Below are positions 44,087-52,703 of a stretch of DNA of 64,000 nucleotides, piece by piece. The notes beneath the pieces are model-generated. The model was not told where the DNA came from, did not search any database, and saw only the letters and a program-made list of their open reading frames with translations. The position numbers were made by a program, and so were the translations under genes. The stretch's first letter is position 1, and each line of letters starts with the position of its first letter. The stretch covers positions 96,001 to 160,000 of IMG/VR virus record IMGVR_UViG_3300045988_131275; one strand, given 5' to 3'. The DNA comes from a virus.

Positions 44087-44533
44087 ATGATAGACGATAA
44101 AATAACAAAAGAGCACATAGAACATTTAAGAGACATAAACTATTATGATGCTTTAAAGTTGTTTGATAATGGAAATATACGTTATTTATATGATGATTTA
44201 TTTATAGAGTATATACGCCATATAATAAGGAAATGTTTATTTATAACTGACACTGACAGCATAACAGATATAATATATAAATTTTTTATTGTATCTGGTA
44301 ACGTGTCAAGATGTTTAGATATGCTTAGATATAATAATATACAGTATAATCAAAAGTTATCAAATGGAAGATATAGAATCAATAAAGAAGATATATACAA
44401 CGCCTTAAATAATGGAAGATGTGCAGATATAGAAATAGATTTTGTTGCACATTTATTGTGGTATGGAAGAAATTACAATGAATTAGATAGTTATATAGAT
44501 ACTATGTTGTCAAAGATAAAACAGTTGTATTAA
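44087..44533 (+). CDS. hypothetical protein
   Basis: Track ORF 44054.. trimmed to the first ATG after the upstream stop. Confidence 0.5.
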   Translation: MIDDKITKEHIEHLRDINYYDALKLFDNGNIRYLYDDLFIEYIRHIIRKCLFITDTDSITDIIYKFFIVSGNVSRCLDMLRYNNIQYNQKLSNGRYRINKEDIYNALNNGRCADIEIDFVAHLLWYGRNYNELDSYIDTMLSKIKQLY

Positions 44534-45740
44534 CCACATATAATAGGAAGTAACACAATCAACCTATTATGATCTGCATAACCTGTTATCATGCTCAAAA
44601 TGTACAGATAGCGTTATAAGCGTGTATTTGACGTTTTAAGGCGTTTTAATGCTTATATGATAATTATATAGGCTCTTGCGCTTAAAGTCGTTTATATGGC
44701 GTTTTAGAGTGTTGTTTTTAGAGTAGGTTGTACTTATGAGCGTATATCTGGGTAAGTTTAGAGCGTGCAGCATGATGATATTTTAGTATCATTTTAATAT
44801 ATTTTTAAGTGTATTTTTACGTCGAAATGTGCGCTATTTTATGCAAGAATATTGTATATTTATACAGTTTATTTGATGTATTTTTATGCAAAAAAGTGTA
44901 TAGAATAGCGTTGTTTTTTGTGTCTGGAAATAGGGAAAATATTGCGGTAAAGTGTGCGGAAAATTGTCTGATTTATGGCGTGAAGGTGGTGTAAATTTGT
45001 CTGTTTGGAGTGTGGTTTTTTATGTGATTATTGGATAATTTTATCTTGTTTTTATGTGGTTTTTATGCCATGTAATGGGATAATTTTATTATGATCTGCT
45101 GTTATATTTTAATGCCTGGATGGTGTTAGAATGTAGTATCTATAGGCGTTTATGATGGTAGAATTGTGATGGAATTGTTATGCAGATATGATGTAATTGT
45201 ACATTGTTTAGTGTGTTAATCTATGTGTATTTACGTTGGATTATGTGAGTATTTGTGTTGTGTATTGCATGGTATATTTAGGCATTATAATGGTAATATT
45301 ATGAGCGTAATGTCAGGCGTATAGTGTGGCATATCATGGATAGATATAGATGTATATTGTAGGTTATATGTGTAATGTGGTGTGAGATATAATGTATATT
45401 ATATTGTATATTAGTGTGGATTATGTATGATATATTTGATGTTATTATGTGGGTGTGGTGTATTGAGTTAATATGATTTTGTAGTGTGTTTGGGATGTGA
45501 TTTTGTCTGCTGTTGTGCGTCCAGATTGTTTTATTTCGTCCAGATTTGTGTGTTATGTGAGTGTGTTACAATTTTTGTGTTACATTTGTGTATTATGGTG
45601 TAGTGGTGGGCTATCCCATTTTTACCGCTGTTTTTGATGGTAAAGTGGAGTGTATTAGTCTATTTTATTACATTTTTGTGGTGTAAGTGGTGATATGATT
45701 TTGTGTTATGATTTTGTATTATAATCTTGTAATTTAATTT

Positions 45741-45760
45741 TTAGGTGTAATTACACCTAA
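45741..45760. repeat. perfect 20-bp palindrome TTAGGTGTAATTACACCTAA
   Basis: Read directly. Confidence 0.9.
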
Positions 45761-45796
45761 ACGAACAGAATTGACCAATAGTCATTTATACGCATT

Positions 45797-45846
45797 TTTT
45801 CTCTCATTTTCTCTTGTTTTCTCTAATTTTCTCACTTTTTCATTTT
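45797..45846. repeat. phased 10-bp repeats TTTTCTCNNN x4 plus a degenerate fifth
   Basis: ttttctctca ttttctcttg ttttctctaa ttttctcact ttttcatttt. Confidence 0.85.
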
Positions 45847-47120
45847 TCGAGTATACTATAATAATATTTATAATTGTCTATACAATTCAATCTGCCCGTC
45901 CCGTGATCCTGTCCAGAATCATGATAAAATTTTAGTTTCATCACACTAACTTTTGTTTATCTGGTATACCGCCCCTTGTTTTTTGCCATGTTAAAAATGT
46001 CAAGAAATAACAAAACTTGACTTTTTTACACTTCCCTCAAAAGTGTGAAAGTTAGTTTTAGTCAACAATAGCAAGGCTTTTCGGGATTTTATATCAGAGT
46101 ACATTAATCCAATTTTATAATCATGTTTTACTATTGTATACCAATATGATGGGGATAGTTTACATTTATAGAAATAACACAATACTGTCATATTCCCTGA
46201 TGTGTTCAACTCACACTGCTCGTCCAAAAATCAAAACTGGTAATCTATCCACACTCCACACTCACCTCAACAAAAAATTCCTATCCTCATCCCACATTAC
46301 AAATTGTATAAAATCTACACACAATTCTCCAAAATAATCAAAATGAGTTCGACACCGACTTCGACCGCACCCTTACATATCAACGCAAAATAAATTTTCT
46401 GACAATTCTAAAACACCAATTTTCACCCAAAATTACCTGCCCTAAATCACAAAATCCCTTGCAAATCCTATCTATTATCGAAGTCCTCTCGAAGTGATGC
46501 CAATGTGATCACAATTACAATTCCAGATATTTCACTCCATCTTAATCCTGTATTATCACAAATTTCCTTATATTTCCTATCTAAAACGCAGCAATCACTT
46601 CCTATAATAAGCACATATCACCACCCCATTTTAACCAAAATAACCACCCAAAACACCTATCTCGAAGTCCATATTTTTACATCCTCAAAAACATCTATCT
46701 GAATTGTGTCAAACTTTCACACAATTCTAATTGATAAAATTCACTCAAAAAATACATCATAGCAATCTCTAAAATCAATTCTATACTCACTATTCTAATG
46801 TACAACTTAAAATAAACATTACAACTACCCTCACCTGAACAACTTAGCATCTGTACATTACAATTTTCAAATTAAATCTACATCATATAATCTACAACAA
46901 AATATCTCAAACAGAGAATCTTGTATAGGAAAATAAGAAGGGGGGGTACTTTTACATCTATAGAAAACCACTACTCTCATATCCCATCTATCCCCAAATT
47001 TTCACCAGTAAAAAATAGATCCTATTTATTTCAAATGGAGAATCTATAACCAGAAACATATAAACCAAATATGAGAGAAATATTAATCATCAAAATAAAA
47101 TAAAAAAGGAGATTACTCAA

Positions 47121-47723
47121 ATGACATATTCAATTAACGATTTAATATCAACATTAATTTGTTCATCATCCAATTATCCGATTATATCTTTTTCAGCATA
47201 TTTAAGAAATAAGTATAACAATTTCGATTGTGATTACTGGGAAAGACATTTATATGAATCTGGATTATTGAATGATAAATATGAATACTTATCTGAGATA
47301 TTTAACAATTATAAAATTGAGATATCATCGGCAGCATACAATCAGATTGAAATGATAACAAACAAATATCTTACCGATAAGAAAATATACATACCAGGAT
47401 TAACATCAAAACCATATTATTACTATCCATCAAGAGGAAATAGTAAATCAATCAGAGAGATATGTTATTTCATAAAGTCAATATCAGATTTAGAAAAAGA
47501 AAAGAATCAATTTTCATATAATCCGTATTTAGCAAAATATACAGCACAAAATTATAAAGCTGATATAGAGAATTTATACAAGAGAAGAATTTCTCAAAAG
47601 ATACTTAACTCATATGAAACACAAAATAACTCTACAAAACAGAGAAGTAATAACAAAGAAGAAATGAGCTGCTTAAAAATTATTGCCGATAGAAACAATA
47701 CAAATAAGAAATTTCACAAATAA
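47121..47723 (+). CDS. hypothetical protein
   Basis: AAGGAG RBS; first gene after the ORF-free region. Confidence 0.6.
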   Translation: MTYSINDLISTLICSSSNYPIISFSAYLRNKYNNFDCDYWERHLYESGLLNDKYEYLSEIFNNYKIEISSAAYNQIEMITNKYLTDKKIYIPGLTSKPYYYYPSRGNSKSIREICYFIKSISDLEKEKNQFSYNPYLAKYTAQNYKADIENLYKRRISQKILNSYETQNNSTKQRSNNKEEMSCLKIIADRNNTNKKFHK

Positions 47724-47738
47724 AGGAGATTAACCATT

Positions 47739-48602
47739 ATGAGAAAATCAAAAGACAACAAAAATAATACAACAACTACTATCACACCATCAGCATCTGA
47801 TAAAACACCTATTGAGATTGCATTACAGATTGATTCAGATGGAATGACAACGGCAAGTAAATTATATTCATTTTTAGAATTGAATCCAAGTAATTTTGCA
47901 TCCTGGTGCAGAAGAAATATTACTAGAAATAAATTTGCTACTGAAAATGAAGATTATATAGTTTTCGTAGTGGAGAACGAAAACCCTAAATTAGGCGGTA
48001 GACCAAAAACAGATTACAAACTCACATCTGAATTTGCAAAGAAACTTTCAATGACAGGTAATACCGAGAAACATGAGCAAGCAAGAGATTATTTTATTGC
48101 TTGTGAGCAAGGATTAAAAATCGCTACTATTAAATTGCAAGCAAGAAATGATGATATTCAAGCTTTAGCGCAGAGTGTAAATAATCTTGTGCAAAAGATT
48201 GATAATAAATTTGATTCATTAGAATCAAGAGTATTTACATTAGAAAATACCGCTACTACTCTAAAATCATTACCAAAGAAACGACGATTTACATACTGGT
48301 CATCAAAAATGTTTCCTAAATATCAAGCATTAGCAGAATATTTTGAAATTCAACTGAAAGATCTCTATAAGAATCTATATAGAGAATTTCAGAATATGTA
48401 TCCTGATATTGAGCTAAACCAGATTGTAGATGATTATTGCTATGAGAATAAATTAGAAACTTGTTACACCTTAGATGCAATAGAGCATGATAAAACCGTA
48501 AGAGTATTATTTGAGCAGTTGGTAGATACTCTTTTGGAGAAATATGATTTAGTACTTCATAAAGAGAAACTTGTAGTGTCAACAATTTTTGACACAAAAT
48601 AA
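47739..48602 (+). CDS. AntA/AntB-type antirepressor domain protein
   Basis: ...LYSFLELNPSNFASWCRRNI...DYKLTSEFAKKLSMTGNTEKHEQARDYFIACEQ resembles the AntA domain pattern (recalled). Confidence 0.65.
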   Translation: MRKSKDNKNNTTTTITPSASDKTPIEIALQIDSDGMTTASKLYSFLELNPSNFASWCRRNITRNKFATENEDYIVFVVENENPKLGGRPKTDYKLTSEFAKKLSMTGNTEKHEQARDYFIACEQGLKIATIKLQARNDDIQALAQSVNNLVQKIDNKFDSLESRVFTLENTATTLKSLPKKRRFTYWSSKMFPKYQALAEYFEIQLKDLYKNLYREFQNMYPDIELNQIVDDYCYENKLETCYTLDAIEHDKTVRVLFEQLVDTLLEKYDLVLHKEKLVVSTIFDTK

Positions 48603-48665
48603 TTATCCTTTGTGAGAATAAATAAAAAATACACCAAAAATCAATTTGAAGGGAGAAACACATAA

Positions 48666-48872
48666 ATGTCCACTAAGAGCAAGAAAATCAAAAATAGCAC
48701 TAAAGGTTATAAGAATTTAAGGAAAGATTTGGAAAAACAATCCACCGATACTATCTTAGAATGGAAAATCTATTTCGATAATCTTAAATATAATGTCAAA
48801 TGTGATACTGGTTACTTTGTAATGGCGATTAAAACATGTGATGAGATTCTAAAAGAAAGAAAAGAGAAATAA
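48666..48872 (+). CDS. hypothetical protein
   Basis: packed ORF. Confidence 0.5.
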   Translation: MSTKSKKIKNSTKGYKNLRKDLEKQSTDTILEWKIYFDNLKYNVKCDTGYFVMAIKTCDEILKERKEK

Positions 48873-48877
48873 TACAT

Positions 48878-49087
48878 ATGAATGATTTAGAGAAGAAGAA
48901 ATTAAACAAGATTTACAACTATGCTGATTTAATCCATTCGGAGAATCTACTAATACTATCAATTATTGGATCTCTGTTAAGAGAGTCTGATAAACCAGAG
49001 ATTGAAAAATGTATTAAGGCTTATATTCAGCAAAGAGAGAATATTCAAAAAGGAGTATACGAAGATGATGTTGAGATTACACAATAA
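48878..49087 (+). CDS. hypothetical protein
   Basis: packed ORF. Confidence 0.5.
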   Translation: MNDLEKKKLNKIYNYADLIHSENLLILSIIGSLLRESDKPEIEKCIKAYIQQRENIQKGVYEDDVEITQ

Positions 49088-49101
49088 TTCTAGTTAAAAT
49101 T

Positions 49102-49326
49102 TTTAGGTATAAATATATGTACCTAAATAAAGATAATTTTAGAGAAGATAAAAATAAGATAGTTTTAAAGAAAAACAAAGACAAAATCAAACAAAATACA
49201 CGAAGTGTAAATATTCTTCTCTTGTTATATATGAGTCTATATGGATATTGACTGCACAAACTGACTATATATATGTACCCAAATGAAGAAAAAATATACT
49301 TTTAGGTACATATATATGTACCTAAA
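49102..49326. promoter_or_regulatory. palindromic sites with TTTAGGTA/TACCTAAA arms (49102-49127 imperfect centre; 49301-49326 perfect 26-bp palindrome; half-site 49269-49283)
   Basis: Read directly; upstream of the 49544 gene. Confidence 0.6.
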
Positions 49327-49543
49327 CGGGGTTTTCTTTACAACTTTACTATGATAAAGAATTTGAGGTGATGATATTGATTGTATGAGAATTGATTTTT
49401 GGAGAATGTATAAATGTAATAAATAAAGTTTGTGACAAATTGCCATAAGCTTGAAGAATAATAAAAAGGAGTATAAATTTGAGAGAATTAAAAATTGATC
49501 CAGAATTGAGAGACTTATCATTAATTAGACGAGGTGAATAAAC

Positions 49544-50323
49544 TTGCCTAATTATGTAAAGATTCCAAAAGAAATAATTTATGATACATCTCTTACGGAC
49601 AAACGAGTGATTATCTTTTCATATTTATGTGCAAGACGTTCACTTGATGATTCAGTGGCATTCTCAATTACTGAGCTTTGCCACTGGTCAAAACTCAAAC
49701 CAAACTATAGAGATGGAAAAATCAATCAAAAGTATTATAAAACATTACTTTTACTCTCCCACATGGATTATTTTACTGAATATCCTGACTTTGAATCACT
49801 TATATCTGAGCATAAAAATTCCATAGAGTATTTGAAAGTAGAATTGAATATAGAGAAATTTGATATACCAGATAAATTTGCAATAATTTATTTTGATGAA
49901 TTAGAAGCAATTTTGAATTATAAGGAAGAATTACAATACTCTGATATAGATTTATCTCGTATGTCATCAGCTTATATCTTATTGGTATTGTCTTATATCA
50001 GGCTAAATATGAATCGTTCAATTGACAAACCACTTTGCTGCTATCGTCAATATAAAACCATTTCTGATGAAATAGGAATATCTGAGAGATATGTAAGTCG
50101 TGCGGTAGAAATATTAGATGCATTAAACATTATTAAATATGTTCCGATGAAGAGAAGAAAATATACGAGTAATGGAAAAGAAAAATTTATTACTACATCA
50201 AAAGTATTTGCGGATTATAGACATTTCAAGAAATATGGAGATAATCACATTATTGATCAAAATTATGACTATAAAGATGAAATATCGAAACAGGTGGAGC
50301 TTTTAGAGAATATACACATATAA
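49544..50323 (+). CDS. putative replication organiser / winged-helix DNA-binding protein
   Basis: TTG start with GAGGTG RBS; YKTISDEIGISERYVSRAVEILDALNIIKY HTH-like (weak functional call). Confidence 0.55.
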   Translation: MPNYVKIPKEIIYDTSLTDKRVIIFSYLCARRSLDDSVAFSITELCHWSKLKPNYRDGKINQKYYKTLLLLSHMDYFTEYPDFESLISEHKNSIEYLKVELNIEKFDIPDKFAIIYFDELEAILNYKEELQYSDIDLSRMSSAYILLVLSYIRLNMNRSIDKPLCCYRQYKTISDEIGISERYVSRAVEILDALNIIKYVPMKRRKYTSNGKEKFITTSKVFADYRHFKKYGDNHIIDQNYDYKDEISKQVELLENIHI

Positions 50324-50393
50324 CTATTAACCAGTATCACAAAAATGAGGAGTGATGCAACTATGAATTTTAAATCAAAGGAGAACTTAAATT

Positions 50394-50648
50394 ATGACAG
50401 AAACAGAAACCAGAAGAAACCATGAATACAACTACAACAAATATTATACCATGCCAAGTAGAGAAGAATTACATAGAGAGTATGGTGGAAATATTTGTGA
50501 ATCAGATTTTAATATTGTGAGAGGTAAAAATCAGAGTCGTTCAATCAATGCTGATAAAATCGGATCTGCTTGGAGTTTTGATATTCGGTGCTTACAGAAT
50601 ATTGAGAAAAGAGATAGAAAGGTTGAAGAAAATAATGGAAACAATTAA
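50394..50648 (+). CDS. hypothetical protein
   Basis: AAGGAG RBS. Confidence 0.5.
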   Translation: MTETETRRNHEYNYNKYYTMPSREELHREYGGNICESDFNIVRGKNQSRSINADKIGSAWSFDIRCLQNIEKRDRKVEENNGNN

Positions 50649-50952
50649 AAATTTATCAGTGGGAATTGAAGAACAAGAAACACATATTAGTTATATGAGA
50701 GATGAATCTTATGCGAAAGTTTACACATCTGATTCTACTCAAATGACTAGGTTGGATAAACTTTGTAAAACAAATCCTGATATGTATGAACTCATCGAAA
50801 ATACAGGTCGTGGAAAAAGTTATTTAATTTCAGATAAAGGACTTATCTCATTTAGGGCAAAGAAACGAGAAATGACAGAAGAACAAAAACGTATTGCTGC
50901 GGATCGTATGAGAAAACTACATGACAGTGGATTAATGTCAAAAAATAAATAA
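50635..50952 (+). CDS. hypothetical protein
   Basis: Start moved to METIKNLSVG. Confidence 0.5.
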   Translation: METIKNLSVGIEEQETHISYMRDESYAKVYTSDSTQMTRLDKLCKTNPDMYELIENTGRGKSYLISDKGLISFRAKKREMTEEQKRIAADRMRKLHDSGLMSKNK

Positions 50953-51154
50953 TTTACTACTCTTCTACTTATCTGGTTATATCAACCAAAAAATTCCTAA
51001 ATAAAACTATTTTAGAATATCGTTTCTACTCAGAAAACATTATATGTAGATTAACGTAGAAAATTTCACAATAAAATTGGATAAGTTGTTAGGGTAAATA
51101 ATTTAATTTTTAAAACATTATATACAGATTAGAATAGAAAGCAAGTTTAATATT

Positions 51155-51595
51155 ATGAGAAAAATGGATTACAAATATTTCTCAAAAGCCAAGCAGATTG
51201 CACAGGTGTCTGATTTTCCAAAGGTACATATCGGATGTATTGCCGTTTATCAGAATCGAATTATTGGAATTGGTTGTAATACAAATAAAACCCACCCAAC
51301 TCAGAAGTATTATAACCGATACAGAATAGATGACAACGATTTTGATAATTCTGAATCACTTCTACCAAAACTCCACGCAGAAATTAATTGCATAAATCAA
51401 CTGAAACATTTGAACATTAATTTTTCAAAAGTGAAGTTGTACATATATCGTACTAGGAAAGATATTGTGTGCGGAATGGCTAGACCTTGTGCAAGCTGTA
51501 TGCAAGCAATAAGAGATTTGGGGATTAGAGAAATATATTATACGACAAATGATGGTTATTCATATGAAAAATTAGAGAAAGGATGTGTTGCTTAA
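51155..51595 (+). CDS. deoxycytidylate (dCMP) deaminase
   Basis: HAEINCI (zinc/catalytic HAE) and PCASCMQAI (PCxxC). Confidence 0.85.
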   Translation: MRKMDYKYFSKAKQIAQVSDFPKVHIGCIAVYQNRIIGIGCNTNKTHPTQKYYNRYRIDDNDFDNSESLLPKLHAEINCINQLKHLNINFSKVKLYIYRTRKDIVCGMARPCASCMQAIRDLGIREIYYTTNDGYSYEKLEKGCVA

Positions 51596-51819
51596 TGGTG
51601 TGAGCAGGTTGTCACATAAGCTATTGTCCATCAACGTGTCCTAACTATATTCCTGAGAATGTAACTCACTACTGCTCTATTTGCGGTAATGGAATTTACA
51701 ACGGAGAAGAATATATTAGGAACGATGACGACGATTATGCTCATTGGGAATGTATTGATTATAAGAAAGACTTAGCTGAATGGCTAGGTTATGAGATTAG
51801 AATTATGGAGGAAGATTAA
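51595..51819 (+). CDS. Cys-rich small protein with in-frame TGA at codon 3 (readthrough, Sec, error or pseudogene unresolved)
   Basis: ATG overlaps deaminase stop (TAATG). Own translation MV*AGCHISYCPSTCPNYIPENVTHYCSICGNGIYNGEEYIRNDDDDYAHWECIDYKKDLAEWLGYEIRIMEED. The stop is followed 1 nt later by the next ATG (TAAAATG). Confidence 0.4.
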
Positions 51820-51820
51820 A

Positions 51821-52687
51821 ATGTTAACTGGGAAAATAGGAAACGAAATCATAAATTGTTATGATGGAACACACTCAAAAGAACAGTTAAAAAAATGGAC
51901 TAAGAAGAAAATTATTTTATGTCCTGTATGTAATAGACCATATGAATATTGTCATGGTAAAGTTAAAACGCCATATTTTAGGCATATGGATAAAGAAAAA
52001 TGTGAAGATAAATATTCTGAATCAGAAACAGAAGAACATATTCAAGGTAAACGAGATTTATATGAATGGATCAAGAAACAAAACGGTGTTACAAATGCAA
52101 TATTAGAAGGATGGATACCAGAAACAAAACAACGTCCTGATATTATATTTGAGTATAATAATAAACGATATGTAATTGAATATCAGTGCTCTCCTATTGC
52201 TTCTGAATATTTTGAAAGACATGAATTATATCAAGCAGTTGGGATATGTGATATTTGGATTTGTGGAACTGAAAAGTATCTTGGATCAAATAAAAGAATA
52301 AATACATTAGAAAAAATGTCACATATTTATTATGATTTTAAAAATAAATTTTTATACGTTATTGATGATATTTCTGAGACGACATTTAAGGAAATAGGAA
52401 AACTTAATTCATGGAGAGGATATTTAAAAACTAAATATAAACAACAAAAATATTTTAAAAGGACGTTTCATGTAATGATGAATATATTTGATTATACTGT
52501 TGGATATAAAAATTATATTAAAATCAAAAACATTTCAAATAGTTATTATTGTTGCGGATCTCATTATCCATCTCCAACAGGTAGACCTTCGAATAAATAT
52601 CCGTATCCAGTAAGAGATTATGCATATTTAAGGAATTACTCTTATGCAACTTGTTATAAATTATCCAATATTAAATTAAAAATGTAA
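51821..52687 (+). CDS. CoiA-like protein
   Basis: CPVCNRPYEYCHGKVKTPYFRHMDKEKC...ETEEHIQGKRDLYEWI...RPDIIFEYNNKRYVIEYQCSPI resembles the competence protein CoiA family. Confidence 0.65.
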   Translation: MLTGKIGNEIINCYDGTHSKEQLKKWTKKKIILCPVCNRPYEYCHGKVKTPYFRHMDKEKCEDKYSESETEEHIQGKRDLYEWIKKQNGVTNAILEGWIPETKQRPDIIFEYNNKRYVIEYQCSPIASEYFERHELYQAVGICDIWICGTEKYLGSNKRINTLEKMSHIYYDFKNKFLYVIDDISETTFKEIGKLNSWRGYLKTKYKQQKYFKRTFHVMMNIFDYTVGYKNYIKIKNISNSYYCCGSHYPSPTGRPSNKYPYPVRDYAYLRNYSYATCYKLSNIKLKM

Positions 52688-52703
52688 TTGGAGGTATCAT
52701 AAT

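Larger units (their letters stand above)
44534..47120. other. 2.6-kb ORF-free region with mirror-image strand composition
   Basis: Plus strand is GT-rich and C-poor about 44.6-45.75 kb (no C at all 45336-45506) and CA-rich, G-poor about 46.2-47.0 kb; all three stops frequent in all frames. Confidence 0.8.

Noticed and set aside
44809-46702. Track ORFs 44809..44994, 46000..46227, 46134..46337, 46505..46702
   Set aside because: They are low-complexity translations of the skewed region, without RBS and on mixed strands. Treated as non-coding.
44600-47000. True long inverted terminal repeat between the GT-rich and CA-rich arms
   Set aside because: The reverse complement of sampled right-arm segments shares only short words (for example GTGAGTGTG) with the left arm, and in a different order. 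The symmetry is compositional, not sequence-level, as far as can be judged by eye.
44534-47120. Stop-codon reassignment hiding genes in the ORF-free region
   Set aside because: TAA, TAG and TGA are all frequent in all six frames. The composition (one strand nearly lacking C or G) is incompatible with normal coding sequence. TGA and TAA clearly terminate coupled genes elsewhere in the window.
44534-47120. CRISPR array or regular tandem satellite
   Set aside because: Only short scattered repeats were found (TGGATTATGT, CGTCCAGATT, TGTGTTACA, TCGAAGTCC). There is no constant-length repeat-spacer periodicity and no cas genes.
49077-49521. Minus-strand track ORFs 49077..49259 and 49237..49521
   Set aside because: They are opposite to the local gene direction, are Leu/Phe/Ile low-complexity, and span the palindromic regulatory sites.
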